Of a stretch of DNA of 64,000 nucleotides, positions 48,801 to 64,000 are shown piece by piece; within the stretch, counting starts at the first letter, position 1; each line of letters begins with the position of its first letter. The position numbers and the translations under genes were made by a program. Location of the stretch: the NCBI GenBank assembly GCA_004022145.1, contig RCNU01000005.1. One strand, written 5' to 3'. The stretch is from Paecilomyces variotii. Lineage: Eukaryota. Below the pieces are notes generated by a model. It was not told the DNA's origin and made no database searches. It saw only the letters and a list, made by a program, of their open reading frames with translations.

Positions 48801-50362
48801 AGTTAAGCAAGCAGCTGGGCTGATTGCCAGCTATGAGGTTTAAGCCATATCCTTGCTTCCGTGCATTTGAGGATGCGATAATATATAGTTGTAGAGTTCC
48901 CTATCGATTTAATCCAAGCAACTAGCTACTCAATATCTATAAATTCTTGTTTATTTCTGTGCCGCTCTAGCAACGTATAACTATATAATTCGGGGCTAAC
49001 AGAAACTGTTCCGAATTTGGCTAAGCACCGTGTGGGAAGGGCCATGGTATAGGACGTTCCTTGATAGACAAGTTATCTCTTACTGGCTAGATCTTGTAGT
49101 ATGTCTAAAATAAAAGGTATTCACGGTGTTCTGCATACTAGATATAAGTATGATAGTAATTCCTTTATTCCTTTAGAGATGCAACGGGATATGGAACTGG
49201 TACTCTTTTATTAAGAGGGGTTATTCTGGTCAATCTACAGTTGAATTGAAGCATGTATGTGATTACGTCAAGAAACCATAGCATCTAAATAAACATACAA
49301 ACGGCCTAGTAGTCATAGAGTATCGTGCTGGATTGTATAACATATTTCGGCTTCTCCTTGGAGGAAGAGAGAGACAGAAACGTTCTACCATATGGATCGC
49401 CAGTTTCTGGCAAATGTTGACACTGATAATTGTATAAAACCGAGTAGATATATTTTCTATGTCCTCTAGCATAACAGCGTGACAACCGCAGCTTCTGAAA
49501 CGCTTGGATCTTCATTTATATCCAGTTAAACAGCAATTGCTGTGAGATTACGGCAATACGAAAAAAGCCCTGCATATTGATACTGAAACTGTTGCGCCCT
49601 CAATCCCACCTGTACGCAGCATTACAGATAATGAATGCATGATACGCGCAATAACCAACACTGTCCAACGTGTGAGTCCTGTCTCAGTAGAAAAAAGCAT
49701 TCGGAACCATGTACCCGGTACCCGGTACCCGCCATTTTTGTCTCGTTAAAACACCACCTCGCCTACATTAGAGCACTCGCCATATACAGCAGTGCTGCGC
49801 CGTAGGAATGGATTTCACGTCTCTCTACTGATCGGCCAAGATAGTACAGTAGACTCGAGTAGAGTAGAGCGCAGATCGCAGGGCGGAAGGCGCGATACTA
49901 GAGCCGCGGAACTGGATCCAGCTACTCCGTAAACTGTTCCAGCTACCTAGGTATACTACTATCCGGCGGTTCAGGATAGATATGGTTAGAGATTCCTAAA
50001 GTGGTTGGACAACAATAATGGAAAGCTTCTCCTGCTTCTTCCTCCTCCCGGTCGCTAGCCGAGAAGGACCCTAGTTTATGTGCTAGTTATCTAGTTATCT
50101 AGTAGATAGCTGAATCTACTAGCGGCCATCATAATTATATTACATCGCCCCTCCGTTCGTATAGTCGTAACCGTATGCAAGCGCGTTATACTGTGACAAT
50201 ATAATACGGAACTAACTCCACCTCCTCCCCCATTATTATTGTCGCGATCATCGTCCAGTCAGGACTTCGTTCGCCATCTTGCGGGATTTGTAGCATTGAT
50301 GTTTTATTATTATTCTTGTACGCGGGTTTCATGCTCATCTCAATATTTCCCCAGCAGAGAAA

Positions 50363-50365
<3 letters not shown>

Positions 50366-50405
<40 letters not shown>

Positions 50406-50446
50406 AGGAGGCAAGGATTGGTTATTATTATTATTATTATTATTAT
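50366..50446. repeat. Compound microsatellite: (CT)18 then (TTA)8
   Basis: (CT)n at 50366-50401 and (TTA)n at 50422-50446. Confidence 0.9.
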
Positions 50447-52702
50447 GCCTCCTGCGCGGACCATCGGAGATCCGAAAACAGAGTAAAACGAGGGGCCTGA
50501 TCACCTTCGATAGTAATTCCGGTTCAGTGGTCTTGGGTGACGATGAAACAATAATCTACTGTAATAAATAGCCTAGCATCACTAGATAGACAAGATCCTT
50601 TTTTTCCCCCTAGACACGGATTTCGATCCGCGATGGCGGGAATGGACCTCCGAGATGTTTTTTTCTCCTCCTTCTCTTCGTGGTTTCCCCATTTTTATTA
50701 TGTGGCCCCCGTCTGCTTGTCCGGTAAATGTCATCAATAATTTAGAGCCACCTCATCGATACCGCGGCTATGGGAAAAAAAAGAAAAGGGAGAAGCACTG
50801 ACCACCGGGGGGGGGGGGCGAAAAGTCGCTGCAAATCCTTGCTGGAATAGGTATTCAGTGATTGCCAGTCGGCCGCATGATTGCGGAGTACTGTTACCTG
50901 TAGATGTTGGACGACCAGTTCATTAGGATTGCACGGAGTACTGTACGATAGGTCCGGGAAAAAAAGTAAAAAAGTAAAAAAGAAAGAACGAAACCTGATA
51001 TTCAATCGGGATCTGCAATGAAACGTCTTGTCGGTATTTCGTGTGCCCCTGTCTTGGTCTTGCTTTACCCGGGCTTTCGTCTCTGCCATTGTTGGGTACT
51101 CTATTATAATCCCCAAAGCGGTTGTCCTAGACTAGGTATGTAACTATGTGCTTAATTATCAACTAGGACTTTTAAAGTATAGTCTTCTCAGCTAAAGTCT
51201 AGTATTTCCTATTGCTAGATATAGTAAGATAATAATAATATAACCCTGCGTAAATATAGTCCAATCAACCTCTAGTTACTATACGCCTGGATATATCATC
51301 CAGTCTCCGGCTCCGGCACCGGTTACTTTCCCGAGCTCAGAGCGGCTCTACGTAGAGTCTTACGATATAATGGCCAAAGGCGCTTTATTAAGGTGCAATA
51401 TAAGTAACTATTGAATTAAAGGCCAATAATCTTCTAACTTTATGCAGTGATTTCCAGTGCGAAAAGCGAAAACTAGAAATAAGAAAAAGCAACCACGCGG
51501 GATTGACGCGGACCTTGATATAATTATGTGGAAATATATAAATCTTAGCCAGATTATATCCTTCAAACGCCTATAAAAATTCAGAGAGACCAAGTAACTT
51601 CCTTATGAAGTCTTTCTAATAATACTGTTATACGCACGATCTTCGCAGGAACCTAGTCATCTGGACCGAGACTAGGTAGCTACTATCTTCTCCCGCTCTC
51701 CCAGTCTTGCACGAATTACCATTATACGGACATTTATATAGTTACCTACAATTGATTCATAGGCAGAATAATTCAATAACGTCGAAACCGGAATAATACT
51801 AGCACATCCAGGTATAGTCTTCCTGGATTTGAGTAGCAGCAGAATCCTTACCTATCGAGGAACCCCCTGCAGTATGCTCTTCCACATAGTATTTATTGTG
51901 CCTGCTTTACTTTTCCTAGTCTTCGCAGTTATATCTTTATGCTCCGTGGGGTCTTATTACCGTCTGCTCTTGTCTAAATTCTCAGGCAAGGGTCTTATAG
52001 TAGTATTCACTCTACTGCGTGCTGCTGCTACGAATCGCAAGTGGGACACAAGAGTCTTTACAGGCCTCGATTTGCCCCAGGGAAAGCGGAGAGTCTATAG
52101 TGAAGGACCGGAAACTTATGGGACTCAGGTCTTAATGGCTAAATCACGGAAAGTTCACTGCAATAATAATTCGTGGTAGGTCTAGCGTTATAGAACACCT
52201 GCGAGACCTAGCAGCTCCAGCAGCCTATATCTACACCTATTGACATACATGCTAAACGTGAAACGACTACATTAGTTTTGCGATGCACGCGAAACATTAA
52301 TTTGTTTCCCTTCGAATAACTTTTTGTTCGAATAACATGTTAACCGAGTCTACTGTCTAAGACAAATATCGACTCCGTTACCGACGAGTGCAAAAGCTTC
52401 AGAAATAGAATCGCAATCAGATACAGACATAAGGAATATGCCCACCATAAGCTGGGAATTCTAACATTAGCGGAATCACCGTGACATCACCGCCACCCGC
52501 GCATGAACGATCTGTGACACATGAAGGCCCTTGTAAAACCTCGCAAAACTGTCGGGAATAAAGACACTCTATCGTGAAATCGACGAACGCCGCCTGTGCC
52601 CAATGAAAAGAAAAAAAAAAGAATCAAGCACTACCGATTTAAGCAAAAATGAGTCGAGGGGGTGCGTCACGGAAGACGCCCTACTCGTGAATCGAGGCTA
52701 TT

Positions 52703-55209
<2,507 letters not shown>

Positions 55210-55732
55210 GATTCAAGATCGAGTCGTTACCTGAAATCTGATCTGATCGAAAATATGATCAACGGTCCAAGGAGCGACAGAGACCGTGAAAATGTCAAGA
55301 CCTGGTCAAAGAAGAGAGAAAGACTGGTCGCAAAGCACACAGCTTGCGTCCACCAGGCACGAAGAGGTTAATAAAGAGATGAAGAGAGGAGGGGAAACAA
55401 AGGATGAGGGATGAGAAGAAGGAAGAGATGATGAGACAAGTTTTTGAAAAAAAAGAGGCGAGGGAAGGCGCTTGGAGGCGAGCCAGAAAAGTTGTTCTGA
55501 TTGGGTTTAGCGTAGAAAAACTCGGCGGTGTCGGCCGGTCCTTTTTTCCCCTTCACTGCTCGAGCCACAGCTTAGGTAGTAGTGCTGGATAAACATGGAG
55601 TAAAACTTTTCATATTCTGCTTTCTATTGGGCTTGCCACTCTTGGCTGACTTTATCCTCTAATCATCGCTTCTAGCCCTTCTGGAAGCTTTCGGTCCAGG
55701 GTCGTGGCGTCTGGATCTGCTCTATATCATTA

Positions 55733-57849
55733 TTATTTGCCACCAAGTCCCATGTCCCAGAACCCGATCTCCAATTCAGTCGCGCGGATGAAAATCTTGA
55801 TTAGATCCTCCAGTCGACTGGGCGAGACCTCCCTCATATGTTTCTCCAAAAGCGCTATGATAAATGTCAGCTTTTGTAGCCAGTTTTGCGGATGCAGTTC
55901 AGAAAACGTACCAGAACCGATCTCGACCGCTTCAGAGTAGTCCTCCGCGACATAATTCTCAATCCATTTCCAGTACGGGTTTCCCTCCTTCTTACTACTG
56001 TGTTCCTTATAGAGGCGCTTTGCTATCTCGCCGTATCCAATTAGGCACGGTGCGAGGGCCACTTGAAGCGCAAGCCAGTCATCTGATTGGCCCACGTCAA
56101 GGATGTATCTGCTATAAGCAGTGCATGCTGTCGTCGTAGAAGAACTCCAATTAGCATTGATCCAACATATGGACCTTTGTCGGGTAGTAGATTCATCGGA
56201 CGTACCTTGTGTCTCTGGGGTGCTTTCTATCTGTTCCTTGGTAATCCCAAAGGATTCGCAGTAGCTCAGATGTAGAGCCATCTCTTCCTCGATGTGAAGC
56301 ACGATCCTAGAGGACTGGAGGCCATGTTAGGAACGTGTCAGCACCGTATTCATCTGGGAGTTTCAAAGTCACATCCTTACCGCTGCGACAGCCTCCATGG
56401 TTCTTGCCTTGTATGCAGCTAATGCGTTGCTACGAGCAAAGTGGACCTATAAGCCATTAGTCTCTGCATCGAATTGGATGTTGGATAATCAATCCTTCGT
56501 ACAAGGTAGAGATAGTCCTGAATTAGATATTCCTTGAATCTCTCGAGCGGAAGGGTGCCAGTGCCTAGGCCAGTAACAAACTCGTGCTGAGTGAAATCCT
56601 TCCATACTGCCTTCACGTCTGGTCGCTCTAGGGCATACTCCAAGAATCGACCGCTGCAGTCCTAATCAGTAACCCTATGATATAACTGGAAGAGACAAAG
56701 GGGGAAACGTACGGCGCAAATGGCAGCGAGTAGACAGAATGGAAATGATTAATTGGCCCACTGCCTTTGCCAATATCCACACTGGTCTTGATTCCCGCTT
56801 CGACAAACCTCACAGCACCACGAACCGCTCGTTCCAGATCCTGTCCAGATGCTAGGTTTGCGGCAATGGCAGATGCGAGGGAGCAACCTGTTCCGTGGGT
56901 ATTCTTCGAGATGAGGAAATCAGTCTCGAAAAGTGCCACCTTTTCCCCGTCATACAGCACATCTATCACGATCGAGGCTTCCTCTGACTTTTGAGCCGTC
57001 TTGCGTTCTTTCGTCAGGGGTAGATGGCCACCCTTGATCAGGACACATTTTGGCCCCAATTTCCGAATCTGCTTAGCCAGTTTAATCATTCCCTCTACAT
57101 TCTGAGGATCTTCGTAATCAACGCCAGCATCTTTCAATAGAAGCAAAGCTTCTGGGATGTTAGGCGTGACAACAGTTGTCAGAGGAAGCAACTTTGTTCG
57201 CACCCCCTCTACTGCATCTTGCGGCAACAACTGCGAACCACTGGTAGATACCATAACCTAGGACAAGAGTTAGACAAAACAGGAAATTGTCAACCACTGG
57301 AGAAGATAGGAGAAATACAGGATCCAAAACCACCGTAGGAATGGCATGCGTCACAAGCGCCTCTGCAATGACCTCAACTGTTTCCGCCGAAGAAAGCATG
57401 CCTGAAACGCACTAGGTTAGATAACCATACCATCTTCTGTTGAACGAAAATCTACAATTCAAAAAGGATATTGAAGAAATCAATATAAACAATAAAGCAT
57501 TCCTTACCCAGTTTGACCACATCGGCTCCGATATCCTCTAGGGCCGCTTTGATCTGTTTTCTGACAAACTGCGCCGGGACGACGAAAATATCCTGCACAC
57601 CCAGGGTATTCTGTGCCGTCAGGCCTGTCGTGGCAGTCAGTGCATAGCATCCATGTGCTGCAAGCACTCGCTGATCAGCCTCGAGGCCTCTGTGTCCGGA
57701 GAGAATTGATCGTCAGCGTTTCGCGCTCTTTGGTTCCAGCGAATTTTCGCTCAACGCGGGGGGCATGGAGGGGCTTGCAGAAGGGGAAGAACACACGCGC
57801 CACCAGAGCTATCTGATCCTGCTATTACCAGGACTCGCTTTACAGACAT
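55733..57849 (-). CDS. THI20: Hydroxymethylpyrimidine(-phosphate) kinase fused to a TenA/thiaminase II domain (Thi20-like)
   Basis: VLVIAGSDSSGGA|GLEAD, TPNIPEA, IKGGH and THGTGCSLASAIA, then TenA motifs YLIQDYLYL, LAPCLIGY and ELEIGFWDM. Multiple GT-AG introns, the first at 57796-57690. Confidence 0.9.
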
Positions 57850-58198
57850 CTTGGGTATGTCTTGATGGAACTGAACTTGACATATGCTAGCTTTAGTTGG
57901 AAGTTCCTACTTAGTACTGTACGGGCCGCAAGCACTGCTCGATCGCGCGGCCATTCGATGAGCGGGTCCAAATTATCATATCCTGCCGGTGAAGTGGGAC
58001 GGCATTATTATTTGCGGCCAGTTACGATTTCAGTAGAAAACATCATAGATCCAATAGTTCAATAAATATTATCCGCGCCGTGTCCATCGATAACAACGCT
58101 ATGTACATACATTATATGCCAGTTAGACTTCCGATTCCAACGCCGATGAATACATGCGCTTTCATAACGACGTCAACCCAATTAGCGCCGCCCGCAGA

Positions 58199-61100
58199 CT
58201 AAGCCGACATGAAACTAAACAGACTATCCATCTCGACCCATTGTCGTCCACACTTCTTCAGGTAGCCATTGACGACCTCTTTAACAGTCTCGAAGCGAAC
58301 CCTGTTCCATTCAGCCAAAGCCATGACGCTATCTTTCTTTTCACCCCCTTGCTCTTTTCCAGCAGCAACCTTAGCCTTGTCAACATCCCACAGACCAGCG
58401 AAATAGAGAAGCTGGTTGTACATTTGCTTCTCGGAGTATTCATACGTCATACGGCCAAGGCACCCTTCAGCGCGTCCACGAGGACCTAAGCAGCGGTGAC
58501 CGTAGACACTGATCTGCCGTGTTCGGTTGCCACAAGAGGGGTCATCACACACAAGCCATCCTTCGTAGTATTTGGCTGTTTGAGCTCGAATCTGACTCTC
58601 AACCTGAGCAACTACGGATAGCGTCGAAAAGGGCTTGGCGCAACTTGGGTTAGGACAGACGAGTCCGTTGGGCGTGCACATGTGGGAGGATGTGGCGAGC
58701 CCTTCGAACATTGAGCGCTCCTGACAGAATCGGCAGCGGAGCGTCAATCGAGCCACATTCTGGAACCGTACAGCATCCGGAATCTGCGATTCCAATGGGA
58801 AGATCTCATTATTCTGCTGTTGATTCGAAATAGATGAATTGATCTGGTATTTGCGCACGTCGAGACCGAGACACTCAGCGAGACGGACGGCGTCTGTTCC
58901 AGGAATAGGGGCACAAAGACGCTCGATAGGTGGGAAGATCTGCTTGAGAAGATAATACTCGACGTCGGGTTTCAGACCCGAGTCGGGCTTAATAACATCT
59001 TGAAGGGTATATGAGCGTTTCGCAGGGGGGAGAGCCGCTGTTTCAGAATCGCCATTGGTGACAATATATGAGATAACGTCGTTCGGGCGCACAGTCTTTC
59101 CACGAGCGATTTCGCGGAGAGCGACCTGCGCCGGAGGCATCGTTTCTTTGTTGGGATATTCATCGGGCCGCTTAGACAGTTTCTGTGTCTCTGATTAGCC
59201 TTGCCTGGGAGAGCTACTGAAACAGATACATACCGTGTAGATGACATATTTCTGGACAGGGATTGTGTACTCCCTCATCTTGGCAGCGATGTCTTGCAGG
59301 TAGTCATGCACTTTATTGAGGACAATCTCTTGGTCTTCTCCAGAGAGGACCTCATTCAAGAGTCTCGACGAAACCTCCTTGGACAGCGCACAGTACTCAC
59401 GTCTCTTCATATCCAATCCCTTCACCTCGAGCTTGTCGACATACTTGCCGTCAACCTCTGTCATGTTGATCGCTGCATACTTTTTCTTTGCATGCAACAG
59501 GAGACGACGGAAGATGTTGTCGATATCGATCTCCAGGAGCCTGTATCGCTCGTTGACCGACTTCTTGAAGTCTTCACCGACCTTGAGCGCATCGCTGACG
59601 TTGTCCATGTTGGTGTTAATCATGACGGAATCAGTATCACCATAGATGACCCTCAGCTGCTTGCTCTCGGCGAGATCCTTCGTACTCCTAAGAATCTCAC
59701 GTCCCTTAAAGGTGGTGAGCATAGCTAGAGGACGCGCGTAGAAACGTGACTGAGTATATCCCAAACATCCGTACATGGAGTTAGCAGTCAGCTTCAAAGC
59801 CAGCTGTTTCGTGTCCCACAGTGCAAGTTCTTCTGCAGTAGCGCGCTTGTCCTTCATCAACTTCTTCACCTCTCGTCGACGATTGACTAGGGTTGCAATC
59901 AGACGAGGCAAGATACCCTGTGGTTGATCCGATGACGGCACTTCAGGCACCTTCTCCTCATTCTCGTTCTGGGCCTGGAACCACCAGTTAGCGCAATTGA
60001 TGAGGGGACGAGGGGATATGGCATAGATATACAGTTTCTGTTCGATCCACAGTTGTGAAGCAAATGTTGAACTCTTGAATAATACTGGGATACAAACTAT
60101 TGAAGTCCATGACCAAGATAAACTTGTCGTAGAGACCCTTTTCTGGTTCGAACACGAGACCACCCTTGTACTTATCCTTTTTCTTCTTGTCGACGGTGTC
60201 ATCTTCACCGTCCAAGAGCTTCTCCTCATTTTTCTGCTGCTGCCTGTTCGAGTACTTGTCAGGGCAGATATATTTGTTGCGGTGAAACTCGTGGAGCAGA
60301 ATGTACTCGTTTCTTTCTGCCCTAGTACCGCTAAGGGTCCTGGCCCAGGAATTACCCGCCAGATTGGTAAGGACTTTGGTCAGCGAAAGCATTTGCAGGC
60401 GTAGAACCAGAGCAGAGATGAAATAAGTATCCGCTTCGCAGTGGCTGAGAAAGTTCATGAGACCTTCCTTTGTGGTTGCCCAAGTCTTCAGCGCTGCATC
60501 GCTATCCAAGTCCCGACGGACATCGCCTTCTCCCAGATAGAGTTGGCACATTTCAGTCAAACTCCAGGATTGACACTTCATCATCAGGGACTATCGATTG
60601 TCAGAACTTGAAACAGAGCTCAATTTTTCGGGCAGCTTACCTTTCCCATGTCGTTTGCAAGGTCACACATCAGTCGACCAGCAATCAAGTGTCTTTCTGC
60701 AAAGAAGCCTCCGCCTCTATTGAAGTTCTTCGGCCAGTCACCGCGCTTCAAGCGACCAATACGGTGCCAACCAGGAGTCTTCTTTTCCCGAAGTCGATTC
60801 AGTAAAATGCTGAGATCGACCTCCTGAAGTTGGTGACCCATCAGAACATCAGGATCCATTCTCTCGAATAAAGCGAGGAATTTGCTCAGAAGGAATTGTT
60901 CGCTCTTCTCTAGCATATAAGTTCCTCGCTGTTTGCGCGTTTCCGCCTCGAAGCCAAGTGGATACGCGGACCCAGCAGGACGCATCACGGTGAATGTTTT
61001 GCAAGGGAGTTTCTCTGGGGGTGTTGTGTCGCTGAGCGATACATTTTCATACACTCTGGCACTTGCCACGATGATCTCCTGCTTGTTCTCCTTGACATTA

Positions 61101-62822
61101 AGCTGGGTCCTGAAGGCAAGACTCATAAGCGTCAGGCCGGGTGTCTCCATGCTCTCGGAGTCGGGAAGAGGATTGATAAGTGCTGGCTTAGAAACTAGAC
61201 ATTCAAATTTGCACCAGGAAGCGTTGTTGACAGCCGAGAAGTCTGCCCCTTCGAGTTTAAGCCAGCAAGGGCCCATAATGTTTTTCCAGAGCACAAACTG
61301 TTCGAAAAGGGCAGTATTTGTACCGAAGACATGGGAAAATGTTTCACCCTTGAAGTCCATGGGCAAAGCAGGCTTGTCATACGGGTATAACAACTTCAGA
61401 TAGTCTGCTTCCTTCGGAATGCCAGGAAGTTCGAATGCGTATTTTCGCGTGCACGGCTTGATCTTATGCATGCCGACTTTCAGCCTGGACATCGTCTGAT
61501 CGACTTCCTGATAGACGTCCTCCATATCGACTTCTTCATCCGTGTCCTTGCCGTTTTTTTGTCTGTATTCACGCGGCAGGAAGAAAAGCTTGCGCAGGAT
61601 GTTGTCTACCTTCACGAAGGAACTGACATATTGGCCCGTACGCTTATTCTTGACCTTTCCGAAGAGACACAGGCTACCATTGACCTCCGTATAATCTAGC
61701 CAGAACATTCGCACACTTCCATCCTCTTCGACAACATCCTCAGATCGGACTTTCCCGAAAGTACGGGCTTCCGTTGCGGGGCTACTGAGCACATTAAGTT
61801 TGCTCGTGACATTGTTCCATGATGCATCAACAACGTCGGATGTTACTCTAGGGGGAGAAGAGCTGGTAGGCGACGGGTAGGCTTCTTTCTTGATCTTCGG
61901 AGGGGGTCGACTTCCGGTCATATTCACGTTGGTGACCTTAGCGTCACTGTTGGCGGTAGCTTGGGCGATGTCCATCAAATCGTCATCCTCTTCCTCCTCT
62001 TCAACCTTCACGGGAACCGTGATCTTCCTTTCGACTGCCTTGACCACGGGAGAGGAAGGCATTGCGTCGCTCATTGGGACGTCGCTAACGGGGATGTTCT
62101 CGTCGTCTTCTCCGCCGGCCGGAAGAGGTCCATCGTCATCGTCAAAATCCAAGCTGGGCTGTTCTTTGACCGCTGGATAAGGAGTACCGTTTCCATTTCT
62201 TTTGGTTGGCTTGTTCGAATGTGGCGTCGCTGATAAGGGCGGAGAAAGGATTCTCACTTTCCGTCGCGCCTCAGACTTGAGCACACTTTTACTCGGCACA
62301 TGCTTGGGGACGACGTTGGTGTCGACTTCGCCAAGGAGATCAGCCATGAAAGCTTCATCTTCAGCTGTGACAACAGGCTGTGTAGAGTAGCTAGTTAGTT
62401 GATGGGTTCAGGTATTCGGGCCCGAACGCGCAGAAACTCACTTTCGGCTTGGGAGCAGACGCTGCAGCGCCGCTATTGAAATATTTGGATATGCCATTAT
62501 TCTGTCTCTCCTTCCTCTGCTTCTCCTCTTCTCGTTTCCTTTTGGCGGCCTTGCTTGTCGGCGGTAGGTCGTCTTCGCTGCCGCTGTCTACCATGCGATC
62601 ATCGTTCCATTCTTCGCGGCCATCATCCGCGTATCCAGCACCATTGTCGTCGACGACAAAATCATCCTGGTCTAGGCGCTGCCTGACAACCTTCTTGTAA
62701 CCCTCATCGTCGACTTCTTCGTAGATATCTCCTTGATCTTCGACTTCATATGTCGACAAACGTTTCTTTCCCGCAGCACGAAGAGCTCTTAGCTCTGCCA
62801 ATTTCGCACGTGCAGAAGCCAT
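58199..62822 (-). CDS. POL1: DNA polymerase alpha catalytic subunit
   Basis: Exons 62822-62442, 62377-60641, 60590-60033, 59974-59234 and 59182-58199. N-terminal [39 protein letters not shown] and C-terminal Zn-finger cysteines. Confidence 0.97.
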
Positions 62823-62967
62823 TGCGAGAACAGATGAAGTGGGAATTCACTCCATGTATTCGAAATAGGTATATCAAAAAGTGGTTTGAATGACCTCAAT
62901 TTGATGAGGTCTGGCCTGTGGACTTGAGATGGAAGGGAGAACTTGACGGGGGCGCTTGTCCTGGGAT

Positions 62968-63074
62968 ACGCGAAGGAATGTGGACGCGCTGCGGGCCGTA
63001 ATCCGTATCGAGACGCGACCACAACGCGTTTCTCCGCCGAGCTTCTTAAGTGGTTTTTTACCCGCAATACGCGA
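62968..63074. promoter_or_regulatory. Cluster of MCB-like (MBF) elements upstream of POL1
   Basis: ACGCG cores at 62968, 62984, 63013, 63024 (perfect ACGCGT) and 63069, 150-250 bp before the ATG. POL1 is a classic G1/S MBF target in yeasts. Confidence 0.65.
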
Positions 63075-63242
63075 TATTACCCGTTTAGTCCAATCTACTC
63101 GACACCGAGTTTGTATTCTGACAGATTACACGACTCAAGATAACACAGAATTTCTAGGTATGCTGATGGACACAGACTAGACTAAGATTGTACCTAGCTG
63201 TCTAGGTGGTAGGTGAAACCCCAAGTTCTGTAGACAAAAGCA

Positions 63243-64000
63243 TTAATCTTCTTCCGACTCGGAGTCCGTGTACTCCTCTAGAAACCGTATTAGCTCCACA
63301 TCAGATTTGCACTGGATAGGAATTCTTACCTTGGGCAAGGCCAAAATCAAAAGTCCCACCCAAATTCTGTGCTAATGTCTCGCCTATTACTGTTTGTGCT
63401 TCCTCTGTGATATTGGCATCTGACAGTGCGTTTAGTATCGACAAGTGCAGACCTCTATTGCCGGGTCCCAACTGCGATATAAAGTCCAGGATGCCTTCAG
63501 CCGTAAAGTCACTTAGAGCATGAATAATTAAGACGCGTAGCTTAGGCAGGGCTAAGAATGCATTCCACACTTCGTCATCGAAGTCGTGTCCACTTATCCA
63601 GAGACGTTCCAGTTGGGGAAGGTATGGTGTGAGCGTTATTACGTGATCTGGGGTGAAATTCTCCGAGATATCTTTTAATTCGAGCTCGCGGAGGTTGCTG
63701 AGTTGTCCCAGAGCTTGGACAAGGATCGCCTGATCATCAGGAAACTCGGAAGAATCACCTTGAAGGTACAGGCTCTGCAAGGAAGTCTGAGAAGCCAAAG
63801 CCTCGTGGAACGCACGGCTTGTTTGCATCGTGTATCCTTCCACTGAGAGTTTTGTCAACCGCAACCTATCATCGCTGAGCGCCTGCGATAAGAGGGCCGG
63901 GTCATCAAGAAATCTTCGAAGTGCTAGCAGCCTTAGATTTTTGCAGGAGCACATCCATTCCGCGACATCTCTCACAATTGAATAAAACTTTTCGTCCCTT
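63243..64000 (-). CDS. Leucine-rich-repeat (RNI-like) protein, 3' part; 5' end outside the window
   Basis: LxxLxL repeats (LTKLSV, LQSLYL, LRELEL, LERLWI). Intron 63329-63278, then EEYTDSESEED*. Confidence 0.75.

Noticed and set aside
57690-57960. TPP riboswitch in intron 1 or the leader of the thiamine salvage gene
   Set aside because: No CUGAGA or GAACUUGAU...AAU aptamer core was found on the transcribed strand.

Overview
Eukaryotic DNA from a filamentous ascomycete, probably Eurotiales (GT-AG introns with CTRAC branch sites, Aspergillus-like proteins). About 17 protein-coding genes: partial HRQ1, a Zn2Cys6 factor, ADE8, a methyltransferase, a RING-H2 ligase, RRN11-like, ECM11-like, a VPS9-domain protein, ATG15, a 4-exon kinase-fold orphan, a tandem-PAS protein, a PPR protein, the C2H2 factor Con7, DBP2, THI20-like, POL1 and a partial LRR-like gene. 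No tRNA, rRNA, CRISPR array or intact transposon was found. The strongest unexplained signals are at con7: about 2.1 kb upstream of its ATG with no sense-strand ATG, a long G-U-supported hairpin in intron 2, and several possible alternative ends. The DBP2 3' intron is also highly structured. An AT-rich island at about 26.4-30.6 kb holds a probable pseudokinase and decayed genes. Exon boundaries and counts were read by eye, and gene names come from recalled motifs, not database searches.
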